Positions 14,381 to 27,283 of a DNA stretch of 64,000 nt are shown here, in pieces (the stretch's first letter is position 1; every line of letters starts with the position of its first letter). The stretch comes from Octopus vulgaris (lineage: Eukaryota): contig OX597838.1 in NCBI GenBank assembly GCA_951406725.2, forward strand, positions 32,860,001 through 32,924,000. Direction: 5' to 3'. A program made the position numbers and the translations under genes. The notes under the pieces were generated by a model. It saw only the letters and a list, made by a program, of their open reading frames with translations, did no database searches and had not been told where the DNA came from.

Positions 14381-14502
14381 AGGCACACACACTCACACAC
14401 ACACAGAAACACACACACACAGAATCACATACAAACACACACACACACACACACATACACACACACACATACAAACACACACACAAACACACACACACAC
14501 AA

Positions 14503-14541
<39 letters not shown>

Positions 14542-14980
14542 CTCACACACACACACACAAACACACACACATAAACACACTCACACACACACACACACAC
14601 ACACACAATTTCATTCATTCATTCTTGTGGTCAGAGTTGTGTTCTCTCTTCATAAGTCATTGAACGATCTTCCCATGCCCATCACCCTTTCTGAAATAAT
14701 TCAGAAATAATCAACTTATCAACTGGCAAAAGCAAGATCATCAAGCATGCTTGTTCCATCAACAGTTAATTGGAAATACTCCAGAGATTTGTTTGAGCCA
14801 TTTTATACAAAATTATTCTCTTCGTTGGTGAAAGGAAACTAAAAACCCAGTGAAAGTTTTCATTGACCCTGAAGATTAAAGGGAGATAATTTCAAGAAAG
14901 TAAGAATTAACGTCCTTGGTTAATTTACTTGATTAAGAGAATGAAAATCTGTTTCTTTTTAAGCCTGAGAAACAATTATA

Positions 14981-15902
14981 GTTTACGTCTATACAGGACT
15001 GGATTCATGTATAGGCCGATATGAGCCAGAGCCAACAGACCCCCAAGCGGTGGGAGCCCCTTTAACTCTGAGAAACAACTATTGATATGTTCAGGCTTGT
15101 TAGACCTCATCAGCATAAAATTATAATGGAAGGCAAGGTTTACGGTATCGGATGAATATTGTCTCCTTCCATCATCTTTTTGTTCTTTGTGTAGTTCAGG
15201 CTTCTGGCAGTCGAAGAGAGAAGACTTCAAGTACAAACGCTATTTACAGGATTCACAGGATAGGTGAGGTGTGCTGCTCTCAGCTACCATCTTTAGCTGT
15301 GTGCGTTGTGTATGTAGCTCTGTTAGTGTGGATACATTGCCTCTGGAGATACAGGTCCAGCCAGTGGTGGTGTTCAGCTAGTGCTGCTGAAAGGTGACAC
15401 TAAAAAAAGAGAGATTTGAATTGGGTTTTCCCTTTATATAGTTTCCATTGCGAACCTCGTTGTGATCTCTTGACCGAGATATTCAAATACATTTGAAATC
15501 CTTTATCTAAAATTCCAGTGTTTCGGGGAAACCCCTTCATTCTGCTAACTGAAAACATTGTAAGATAATAAAGAGGACCCCATTAAAACTAAAGCCCCCA
15601 AACGCTTTGAAGAGGCTCCATAACTGAAGAGATTCAGAGAACTCAATTAAATTTAATGGTTTTTAAAATCTAATCTAAAATAAATAAAAAGAGAGCTCAA
15701 TGATTTTAAAGGAATTCAATTAGATTCAAATCCATGTAACAAGTGAAAAAAATTATAAATTATTTATGATTGCTGTAAATATGTTAATTTTTTACTCCAA
15801 GCTTTGGGCTTCTCTGAGTTAAAGGGGCTCCCACCGCTTGGAGCCTGTTGGTTCTGGCTCATATCGGTCTATACATGAATCCAGTCCTGTAAAGACGTAA
15901 AC
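14981..15902. mobile_element. Non-autonomous element with ~93-bp inverted termini
   Basis: 14981-15074 is a near-exact reverse complement of 15810-15902 (caggactggattcatgtata...gggagcccctttaactc). Confidence 0.7.
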
Positions 15903-16560
15903 CATGCAGGCTTGACACTAAGCAGTCAAAGGATAGCTGGATATCTCTCTTTTACTCTTTTACTTGTTTCAGTCATTTGACTGCGACCATGCTGGAGCAC
16001 CGCCTTTAGTCGAGCAAATCGACCCCGGGACTTATTCTTTGTAAGCCCAGTACTTATTCTATCGGTCTCTTTTGCCGAACCGCTAAGTGATGGGGACGTA
16101 AACGCACCAGCATCGGTTGTCAAGCAATGTTAGGGAGACAAACACAGACACACAAACACATACACACACATACATATATATACATATATACGACAGGCTT
16201 CTTTCAGTTTCCGTCTACCAAATCCACTCACAAGGCATTGGTTGGCCCGGGGCTATAGCAGAAGACACTTGCCCAAGATGCCACACGGTGGGACTGAACC
16301 CGGAACCATGTGGTTGGTTAGCAAGCTACTTACCACACACAAACATTTTTGAGAGTGAGCTTTATTCATTTTCGAAATAGGTGAAAAAACAAAAAAAATA
16401 AATGAAGCCAGAGTTTTAGAATATAAGTGAAATAGCAGTAATTGATTTCGCAACAACTTCATTCTTAACTACCAAGCTTTAGGCTTCTGTGAGTTAAAAA
16501 GGATCTCAATACTTGAAAGCCCCAGAGCCATGGCCCATGTTAGCCAATGCGTAAATCCGG

Positions 16561-16980
16561 GGATCTTTTCGGTTTGAATGGCAGTTTTTAACATAATTTC
16601 TAGGTAACTAAAAAATTTTAAACTTCGTATATTGGTAGAATGTGTTTATAAAACATCTTTTTCTCTTGGCTTTCTTGAGAAAATTCTATAGTTTGTAAGA
16701 TATTTGTTGTTTATTTTTTCTTCAATTTTTGCATTTTCAACCAATCACTGACGTCTATTGAGGCAAAAAAACATTCTGTTTCGTATGAATATGTCCCTCG
16801 TTTAAGAAATAGATTGGGTATATTTACATTTGTGAAGAAAAAATGATACCCTTCCTCCCACCCCTAACCCTAACCCTAAAAGAGATTGAAATGCGATAGA
16901 TCGATACTAGCGTCATAATTATGGGTGACAATTTCATCTGACACCGCTAGAAAAAACTGCCGTTCAAACCGAAAAGATCC
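16561..16980. mobile_element. 420-bp MITE, Merlin-like (GG...CC TIRs, 8-bp TSD)
   Basis: TIR ggatcttttcggtttgaatggcagttttt / aaaaactgccgttcaaaccgaaaagatcc; TSD AAATCCGG on both sides. Confidence 0.85.
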
Positions 16981-17069
16981 AAATCCGGCACTTGGATGGT
17001 CATATCCTGAACGCCTTTGATCAAAGACTTGCTCAATCAGTCTGACCTAGGGCTAAAACAACGAAACGT

Positions 17070-18057
17070 AAGATCTCCGGAAGTTAAAAGTACAATAGAG
17101 TAACCTCCCCTTAAAAACAATCTCGCGCGGATTGTTTTTTATTCGAATTTGATCCTTGATCGATGTTTGTTTGTTTAATTGCTGGCTTCAGCAAGTCTTT
17201 TTTTAATTAAGAGGAGGGCAGCGAGTTGTTTTGATATGTCGAGGAAGCATTGTGTGATACGATAAGTGTGTTTTATGTAATAGCACCGTGTTGTTTAGTT
17301 ATACTTTTTTTTTTGAAAGATAAGGTGTAGACTAGCCCTCCCCCCCCCTCAATGGTTATTGATAAACACTAATTAATTACTGATTTTATATAAATTAATT
17401 ACTGAAATACTGACCAAACACACACACACACGTATGCCTATCTTATCTTTTTATCGTTGGATTATTTTTTAAAAGTGATAGTAATCTGTTATTACTATTT
17501 AAATTTGTTTCATTGTCGATGATAAGATTTTGAAGAAACTAGATTTAATTAATTCGAATTAAATTAAATTTCATCAAATATTTCGCCTGTAATATCAAAA
17601 ACAATAACTTCTGTTGGCTTGGCAATTTATTTCGTCTTCTTTGCCATGCTGTGATAACCAATGTTTGCAATTAAAACAGAATTTTTCGTATGAAAGAAGA
17701 CAGACTTCTTCGTAAGAATTAATTTTCTTCGCTACCCTTATAACATTAATTTATTGGCATTCGTTCGGTATTGGTCTACATATATTCCGCGAGAGGAAAA
17801 CCACTTTATTCACCCTCTTCAACCTAAACCTCCGAGGAAAGTTGTTTGGATGAATGATGCCGTGTACTAATATCGAAAGACTGCCAATTTATTTGTGATT
17901 TATTTGTAACTGTGGCTAGTTTTATTGCACGGGTTGAATATGTTTAAGACACTAAGATTTTCTGTTAAAACGTTGACACGGCGGAAGGAAGTTGTAAAAT
18001 TAGTACAAGACATAGGGAAGTAACTTCGTATCGTTGCTAGGGCTCGTCGTATTGAAC
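17070..18057 (+). promoter_or_regulatory. Putative FANCM promoter/5' UTR region
   Basis: Largely repeat-free, CpG-retaining stretch upstream of the ATG; ETS-like CCGGAAGT (17077), TCTCGCGCGGA (17121), CGGAAGGAAGT (17982); TSS not determinable. Confidence 0.4.
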
Positions 18058-18664
18058 ATGCCGACCTATAAATTTACAGCAAGGAAGAAGAAGCCAAATA
18101 CAGTTAAGACGAAGGGTGGAGACGGAAGTGTCCAGCCGACATTATTCCAGACTTGGGGTGCGAAAAGTACCGTCTCGACATCGAATTTCAGCAATGGTGT
18201 ATCTACCGTCGATGATATTACGATAGTCAGTGACGACGAAGATGACATTTTGGTACAAGCGTTGGAATCTAGTCAAGGTAGGACGACATCGCCACCCGGA
18301 AACACGACGCATTCAGCTGGCGGTGCTCCCGACAGCGGTGGAGAGATCGATTTGGAAAGTATTCCTGATTTGCCAGGCTTTAACAAGTTTGCCGGTTGCG
18401 TTTGGATCTACCCGACTAACTACCCCGTTCGACAGTACCAGTTTGACATCGCGAAGGAAGCTCTGTTCACGAACACGTTGGTAGTCTTACCAACAGGTCT
18501 AGGAAAGACGTTTATCGCTGCCGTCGTCATGTTCAACTTCTACCGTTGGTACTCCTCTGCAAAGGTTGTTTTCATGGCACCAACTAAACCGTTAGTGGCT
18601 CAACAAATTGAAGCTTGTTATAACATCATGGGAATTCCACAAGACGACATGTCTGAAATGACAG
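18058..18664 (+). CDS. FANCM: FANCM exon 1 (Q motif, Walker A)
   Basis: [50 protein letters not shown]; donor ACAG|gtaatt, phase 1. Confidence 0.95.
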
Positions 18665-19703
18665 GTAATTTATAATTTCTATTTTCTTTTTTTTTTTTTT
18701 TTTATTTCAAGACGGTGCTCCAGCATGGCCACAGTCAGATGACTGAAGTAAGTAAAAGAATAAAAGAATAACTAATGGCGTTACAGACAGGAACTGGGTT
18801 TGGTGTTTACTGATCTTGACTGTGGTCGACCACCTCAAAAACAAAGAAATTAAAGACAGTAGACCCATTTGTGGCACATTCAGTACTGCTTCTCTGTAAA
18901 ACCTTTGAAAAAAAAAAAAAATCTGTAATCTCTTATTGGTGTAGGGCTGTCTTAGCAGCATTGTAGGCCCCAGGATAAATCAGTGTATGGGCCCGACAAT
19001 ATTTATAGACAGCTAAGCACAGCATATATAGATCAGAATTGGTCAACCTATGCTCCAAAGTAAATTAATGCACTGAGCCTTTTGGTATTTATTTATTGAT
19101 AAACCATATCATACACAAATCTAAATTGGGCCCCTAGGCCCATGAGGCTCTCAAACAAATCAATGCATTTGGTCCTATAGTATTTATTGACAGCTAGCAA
19201 CAACATACTTAGATCAGAATTGGGCCCCTAGGCCCGTAAGCTCCCTTTTCCTGAGCAAATCAATGCCTTGGGCCCTGTGCTTGAGAAGACGTTAAGTCAA
19301 GTGATGTCATAATTGTGGCCAGTGCAGGTTACACATAAAAAGGCACCTGTGCCAGTGGCACTTACAGGGCACCCATGCTGGTGACAGGTAAGATGTACCA
19401 GTGCTGGTGACATGTAAAGAGCATCCACTACACGTTGTGGAGTGGTTGGTGCCAGGAAGGGCATCCAGCTGTAGAAACCAAACCAAAGCAGACTGAAGCC
19501 TGGTACAGCTCTTTGGCTTAACAGTACCAGACAAATTGTCTAACCCATGTCACCAAGGAAAGCATACACTAAATGATGATAACGACAGTAGGTCACAGCA
19601 TACATAGATTAGAAGTGAGTCCCTGGAGCCCAATCAATTGCTCCATATGCCCATCCCTGAAGACAACACTGTACTGAGGCTTTGTAGTATTCATTATACT
19701 CTC

Positions 19704-19994
19704 ACCGGTCCGGTGGGTGAACTAAGCCGTGATGTCCTTCTCCCAACTGGCGCAAATGCGTGGGTGGGCAGCTGAAAACCTGGGTTACGACAATCAAGGA
19801 GGACCTCTCCATGCTCACGGGTCCATAGGTGGTTGGCCTGCGCCAGTGGAACCGTGACTGGCTCGCTATCTCCAGTGAACTGGCGCAGGACCGTCGTGTG
19901 TGGGCTGCCATGGTTCGAGATGCCTCGAGGGTGGTAGAAGAAGCCGACTCAACCTACCCAGGGTGAATGTCGCCACAAGTACAAGTAAGTAAGT
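19704..19994 (+). mobile_element. 5'-truncated RTE-type LINE with (AAGT)n tail and 11-bp TSD
   Basis: GGQLKTWVTTIKEDL...AQDRRVWAAMVRD; TSD ATTATACTCTC at 19693-19703 and 19995-20005. Confidence 0.75.
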
Positions 19995-20698
19995 ATTATA
20001 CTCTCTTGTATCTTGCTGTGATATGTCCAGTGCTCTTTCACCTATCAAATTGTAGTCCTCCTCATGGGTCACACACATACACACACACACACACAGTTGC
20101 AGATATGGCTGTGTGGTAAGAAGTTTGCTTCCCAGTCACTTAGTTCCAGTTTCAATCCCACTGTGTGGCACATTATGCAAGGGCCTGCTAAAGCCCTGGG
20201 CTGACCAAAACCTTGTGAGTGGATTTGGTTGACAGAAACTCTGAGAAGAAAAAGGTGGCAAGCTGGCAGAAACGTTAGCACGCCGTGCGAAATGCTTAGT
20301 GGTATTTCGTCTGTCGTTACGTTGTGAGTTCAAATTCCGCCGAGGTTGACTTTGCCTTTCATCCTTTCAGGGTTGATAAATTAAGTACCAGTTCCGCACT
20401 TGGGTTGATGTAATCGACTTAATACCTATGTCTGTCCTTGTTTGTCCCCTCTATGTTTAGCCCGTTGTGGGTAATAAAGAGATAGGTATTTCGTCTGCCA
20501 TTATGTTCTGAGTTCAAATTCCACCGAGGTTGACTTTGCCTTTCATTCTTTTGGGGTCGATAAATTAAGTACCAGTTACTCACTGGGGTCGATGTAATCG
20601 ACTTAATCCCTTTGTCTGTCCTTGTTTGTCCCCTCTATGTTTAGCCCCTTGCGGGCAATAAAGAAATAAGAAACTGTAAGAAGCTTGTTGTGTGTGTG

Positions 20699-20738
<40 letters not shown>

Positions 20739-21836
20739 CATCTGTTACTGTTTTGTTTTGACATCATATGATAGTGGTAAACAAGTGTCGCCATGATACA
20801 AGCGATGTCCTTTGTTTCCAATCGTCTGTGAAAACATGTCGGGCAATAGGGAAATATTACCTTAATTGAAAACAGGTGAAGGTTGGCAACAACAAGGGCA
20901 TCCAGTTGTAGAAAACCCGCCTCAACAGAATTCCATCTGACCCAAGCAGGCATGGGAAAGTGGTCATTGAATTGATGATGATACGTTGATTGGACAACAT
21001 TATCTAGATTGTCATTTCACTTTTTAAGACAGCATTATGTGTAATCTGAGGCATAATCTGTGGAGTGGTTGGTGCCAGGAAGGGCATCCAGCTGTAGAAA
21101 CCAAGCCAAACCAGACCGGAGCCTGGTACAGCTCTTTGGTCTTAACAGTACCAGTCAGACCGTCTAACCCATGTCACCAAGGAAAGCATACACTAAATGA
21201 TGATAATGACAGTAGGTCACAGCATACATAGATTAGAAGTGAGTCCCTGGAGCCCAGTCAATTGCTCCATATGCCCATCCCTGAAGACAACACTGTACTG
21301 AGGCTTTGTAGTATCCATTTACTCTCTTGTACCTTGCTGTGATATGTCCAGCGTAACTTCACCTATCAAACTGTAGTCCTCCTCATGGGTCACACACACA
21401 CACACATGCCAGTGGCATGTGTAAAAAGATTCGAGCGAGGTCATTGCCAGTACCGCCTGACTGGACCCCGTGCCAGTGGCACGTAAAAAGCACCCACTAC
21501 ACTCTTGGAGTGGTTGGCATTAGGAAGGGCATCCAGCTATAGAGACTCTGCCAGATCAGATTGGAGCATGGTGCAGCCATTTGGTTTGCCAGCCCTCAGT
21601 CAAAATCGTCCAACCCATGCTAGCATGGAAAGCGGACGTTAAATGATGACGATGATGTTTATTCTTGTAGTGGCCACATAAAGGGTCCCTCATTTCTCCT
21701 TTGTTCTAAAACTGCTTGTAGGTTTCCTTTTTATATTTTTCTCTCTAGTTCTTGAATGTTGTGAAAGTCAAATACCTCAAACCCTTCCCCCTACAGAATT
21801 ATTTTATTCAAGTAATTTTGCTTTCCTTCTCCACAG

Positions 21837-22009
21837 GTAAAATGTTGCCAGCATTACGCAAACGAATGTGGAAAGAGAAACGAGTAATATTCCTCACTCC
21901 CCAGGTATTGGTGAATGATTTGACTCGTGGCACTTGCGACCCGGAATCAATCAAGTGTGTCGTTGTAGATGAAGCCCACAAGTCTTTGGGCAACCATGCC
22001 TACTGTCAG
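21837..22009 (+). CDS. FANCM: FANCM exon 2 (DEAH box)
   Basis: ccacag|GT...CAG|gtatgt; FLTPQVLVNDL...VVVDEAHKSLGNHAYCQ. Confidence 0.95.
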
Positions 22010-25000
22010 GTATGTTGGACCCCTTATAACTAGCTTTAATAGACTCTCTCTCTATTTGCTGTCATACCCATTAATGGACTCTTCCATGGCATTCAAATTA
22101 TTCTGTTAAATGTAATGCTTATTTATTCACATTGTTTTGAATTAATCATGTTTGATGACGTGGTAGTTTATTTTTAGAATGCCAATGTAGAATAGGTGTG
22201 AGGGGCCAGTTTGAAAAGGTAGAATATTTTGGTTGGATATGGCCAACCAAATCAAAATCAAAATCGAAATTGATCAACATCACTGGAAATTGTAGCTGTG
22301 ATACCAGTGCCGGTGGCATGTAAAAAGCATCATCCGATCGTGGCCGTTTGCCAGCCTCATCTGGCCTTCGTGCCGGTGGCATGTAAAAAGCACCATCTAA
22401 TCGTGGCCATTGCCAGCCTTGTCTGGCCTCTGTGCCGGTGGCACGTAAAAAGCATCATCTGATCGTGGCCGTTTGCCAGCCTCGTCTGGCACCTGTGCCG
22501 GTGGCATGTAAAAAGCACCCACTACACTCACGAAGTGGTTGGCGTTAGGAAGGGCATCCAGCTGTAGAAACATTGCCAGTCCGTCGCAGGTGAGCTGCAA
22601 GATGCAGGAGGAAAGAGTGAGAGAAAGTTGAGGTGAAAGAGTCAGCAGAAGTTCGCCATTACCTTCTGCCGGAGCCGCGTGGAACTTAGGTGTTTCACTC
22701 ATAAACATACACATCGCCCGGTTTGAGATCCGAACCCACAATCCCTCAACCATGAGTCTGCTGCTGTAACCACTAGGCCATGTGCCTCCACCACCTATAT
22801 AGGGTAATAGGAGGTAAAATAGCAGTGACGTTGATTGACAATCAACATGCAATGTCAAAGGAAACACACACACACATGCACAAGCATATACATACTTCAT
22901 CATCATCCTTTAACATCCATTTTCCATGCTGGCATGAGTTGGACGGTTTGACCAGAGCTGGCGAGCTGAAGAGCTGTACCGGGTTCCAATCTGCTTTGCT
23001 ATGGTTATGCTGCCCTTCTTCATCATCGTTTAATGTCTGCTTTCCATGCAGGCATGGGTTGGATGGTTTGACTGAGGACTGGCAGGCAAGGAGGCTGCAC
23101 CAGGCACCAACCTGATCTGGCAAGGTTTCCACAGCTGGATGCCCTTCCTAATGTCAACCATGCTGAGAGTGTAGTGGGTCCTCTTTACATGTAACTGGCA
23201 TGGGGGTCAAACAGGTGGCACAGGGGCCGATCAGGCAGCACTGGCATCAACCACGCTCGAATGGTGCTTTTTATGTGCCACTGGCACGGGAGCCAGTCAG
23301 GTTGCACTGGCATCGATCATGCTTGAATGGTGCCTTTTACGTTTTACCATCACAGGAGCCAGGTTACTGGCATCGACCATGTTTCAATGATGCCTTTTAT
23401 GTGTCACAGGTACAGGAGCCAGTCAAGTGGTACTGGCATCGACCATGCTTGAATGGCGCCTTTTACATGCCATCGGCACAAGTGCCACTCAGGCAGCCCT
23501 GGCATTGGCTACGATTTCTCTTGACTCAACAGGTCTTCTCAAACACAGCATATTACCTGATGACTGAATGGTACTTTAAAATGGGCCAGTCATACAACAC
23601 AGGCATGGACCATGGCTACAATCTCACTTGGCTTGCCAGAGCTTCTCAAGCAGAGCAAATCTCCAAAGGTCTCGGTCACTTGTCATTGCCTCTGTGAGGC
23701 CCAACATTCGAAGGTCATGCTTCACCATCTCATCCCATGTCTTCCTGGGTCTACCTCTTCCACAGGTTCCCTTCACTGTTAGGGCCGTCCTTCAGTACTT
23801 CGTCCATGTCTTCTTGGGTCTCCCTCTCTCACAAGTTCCATTCACTTTGAGAAATCGGCACTTCTTTATGGAGCTGTTGGCATTCATCTGCATCACTTGA
23901 CCGAACCAGTGCAGCCTCCTCTCTTGCATCTAATTCCTCTTATGCCTAACTTCTCTCTTACCAGCACTCTGTCGCACATGTACACTTACATTATTTGCCC
24001 CTCTATTGGGTGGAATCTGTTTCGTTTTGGCCTCTTTCATACTTTAACCCCTGATCTCCTAGCATAGAGCCACTTCCCTCTCAACTGTAGCCTTTCTCAG
24101 CTGAAGGGGATCTTTAGTCTTCCCAACAGCATGGTGACTACACACCACTCAGCTGAGGGGTCTTATCTGCTTGAAACCCTGTCAAAACTCACATTAGGAC
24201 TATGTCCTACCCTCAGGTCCACCTGTTCATGTTGATCAGCAACCATTGAAAAGGGGACACTAAATGATGATGGTATACTTGCACACGTCATACCACCTGG
24301 TTAACACTAACATAATCATCATCATCATCATTTAACGTCCGTTTTCCATGCTAGCATGGGTTGGACGATTTTGACCGAGGGTTGGCAACCAGATGGCTGT
24401 ACCAGGCTCCAATCTTGATCTGGTAGAGTTTCTACAGCTGGATACCTTCTTAATGCCAGCCACTCCGAGAGTGTAGTGGGTGCTTTTTACGTGCCACCTG
24501 CACGGGAGCCAGTCAGGCGGTACTGGCAATGACCTCGCTCGAATCTTTTTGCACGTGCCAGTGAAGCGACGTTGGTAACGATCACGCTCGAACGGTGCCC
24601 TTTTACATGCCACAGGTATGGAAGCCAGTTGGCTGCTCTGGCAACGATCACGCTCAGATGGTCTAATATATCAGGTAATTAACCATGCTATTGGATGTTG
24701 TCATATATCACTAGTCACAATGCGCTTTATATTGTTTTAGCTTTTGAGTGATACCACCCCACAGGCTCTGTGAATGGGCCAACATTTCCTCTAATCGGGA
24801 GGCTGTTTTGTTGCAGAGTTACCCATTTACAGCTGAGATGCTGCCCGGAACAGCATGAAATGAAGTCTTTTATTCAAGAACACAATGTGCAGCTGGTCTG
24901 GGAATTGAACCCACGATCTTCTGATTATGAATGCAACATACCTAACTTCTAAGACATGCACCTTCACAACTTGATATATACCAAGATTTAAATGAATAGT

Positions 25001-25527
25001 TATTTTATTAAATCCTCTACAAATTCTTAATTATTTCGAAAATTAATTGGAAGCTGTTTGCTGTCTTATCATCCTCAACGTCGTTTAATGTCTGTTTTCC
25101 ATGCTGGCATGGGTCGGAGGGTTTGATGGAATCCAGCAAGCCACAGAATTGTATTGGGATCCTGTGTTAGCTTCTTCTCTCTAGAAATATATTAACGAAA
25201 AGGGTTAAATACATATTTTGTTTAACCCTTTAGTGTTTAAACCGGCCATATCTGGCCCAGATATTCTACATGTTTTATATTCAAACTGGCCATATCCAGC
25301 CTCTCACACCTACCCTACAATGTCATTCTATAAATAAACAATCACATCATTGAAACCTCAAAGCTATAAGATAATGCATGATTAATTCAAAACAATTTGA
25401 GTGGAAAAGTATTACATTTAACAGAGTAATCTGAACACTAAAGGATTAAATCAATTTTAATTTAATTTTAACCACTAAAATTCCATTTTAGAACATCATC
25501 AAATAACTATGAATTTTTGATTTTCAG

Positions 25528-25605
25528 GTTATGCGAGAACTTGTGAAGAAGACCAGGGATTTCCGAGTGTTGGCGTTGAGTGCGACTCCAGGCAATAATT
25601 TAAAG
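25528..25605 (+). CDS. FANCM: FANCM exon 3 (motif III)
   Basis: tttcag|GTT...AAG|gtcaat; VMRELVKKTRDFRVLALSATPGNNLK (not in the ORF track). Confidence 0.92.
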
Positions 25606-26026
25606 GTCAATTTATATTGGAATGTTTTTTTTTTGTGTTTTTTTTATAGTGTTCTTTTTAAAAATATAATTTAGATGTTTTTGTGTTTATTTTGTTGTTG
25701 ATGACATAAGAATTTATAAACTCTAAAGAATGTTAAATAATTCTTGTTTGGACAAGGGGATCTTGAAGTAGATAGAGCTATGAATAATATTGTGTAAATA
25801 TTGGATAAAAAAATCAATTGAGAGAAGTTGATGGCTCTCTCTATATATATGTGTGCACAGGGTTGGCCAAGGGTCACCTGATAGTAAATCAAGGTTCCAT
25901 GAAGTCCATCTGTAATTCTGTATTGACTTGAATAGAAAACTGTGGCACTCAAGAAGGGCTTCAGTTGGAACAATTTTCATGATGTTTCATATTTAGATGC
26001 TTTTATTAAATTCATTCAGTTGTTAA

Positions 26027-27103
26027 CCCTTTCGTTACTATATTTCTGACCAAATTACACCCCTTATGTGTTTCAATTAATTTCTAACGTAATCATAAAT
26101 TTAGTCTGGTTTCATTAAACAACTATAACTTTTTTATTTATCGATATATTAATCTGATTTTTGGAAGATAATTTAATGAAATATTCTCAACCAATTCTAT
26201 ACTATAATTTTTGTCACAAAGTGACTCTAATTGCAGGTAGATACAGGTAAATTCCACAAAATATAAAATTATTAAAATTTTGTTCAAACATCGCTATAGA
26301 AAATGGGTTATTAGCTAATATTCAATTGGGTATACAACAAAATTTTACGATAGAATTTGTTATTCTGGGTAACTTTCTGATACCCATAATAATATTTATG
26401 GCAAAATAGTCTTAATTTCATTTAAGGTTGTGGGAAACCACAAACTATCCTTTCTTTCGCTTTGTTTACGTTTAGCGTAACGGTTCGTTTCTGCCGTAAT
26501 GATTTCAAATAGGCTCATTCGAAAAAGTAAAAAGAAATAGTCTAAGGCTTTACCCTTCTGGGAAAGTCTGTGGCTTGGTACAGTTTCTGCAGAAAAATCA
26601 CCGAAAGAAACAGTTTTTAAATTTTCACTCCATTCAGGTGCCAATTCGTTTTCTTTATCGCTATCGGAGATCTCAGATTCACTGTTTTCACTTTCGGAAA
26701 ATGAAACATCAGATTCATTATCAAATACCACATGCTTTTTTTTTTCAGTCATAGAGTTAGATTTATGAAGGTCTTCAGTAGAAAATCCTTCGAATTCTGA
26801 CTGGCTGCTTGATATAATGAAATTCGTATCCATTTTTTGTCAGAATTACAAATTTTGAAAACACAATAGGAACAAATTTCGGAAAAAAATCTCCCAAAAT
26901 TCACGGAATTAAAATTACACTTCGATTATTGTACAAAACTGTAGTTGAACTGTTTACGAAGTATAATACGTGTTTTCACGAATGTACTGAAGAGATTTGC
27001 TCTGATATTCTCATTTAAATATGAATAGGTAAATTCGGGCGGCTTTGGGCGCATAAACCAAAATCTTTTTCGGGCGGCTTTGGGCGGTTTGGTAATGAAA
27101 GGG
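26027..27103 (-). mobile_element. Internally deleted piggyBac transposon
   Basis: TTAA|CCCTTTCGTTAC...GTAATGAAAGGG|TTAA; ORF 26396-26833 has an acidic N-terminus then DYFFLLF..IITAETNRYA..W.PTT.NEIK, the start of a piggyBac transposase domain, with no catalytic core. Confidence 0.85.
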
Positions 27104-27283
27104 TTAAACAGAAATAAATCTTGGAATTAAATGGTTTTGATCTACCATCAAGTAACTTTTTATCAACCCCTTACACACACACACACACACACACATATAT
27201 AATAATAATAATAATATTAGGGAGTATAGCTCCAAACTTACAGGGAAAAATTTAATTTAGTATTAAATCAAATTTCACAATAT

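Noticed and set aside
16860-16880. Interstitial telomere (CCCTAA)n
   Set aside because: Only about three units, and an internal part of the MITE (similar units in the second copy).
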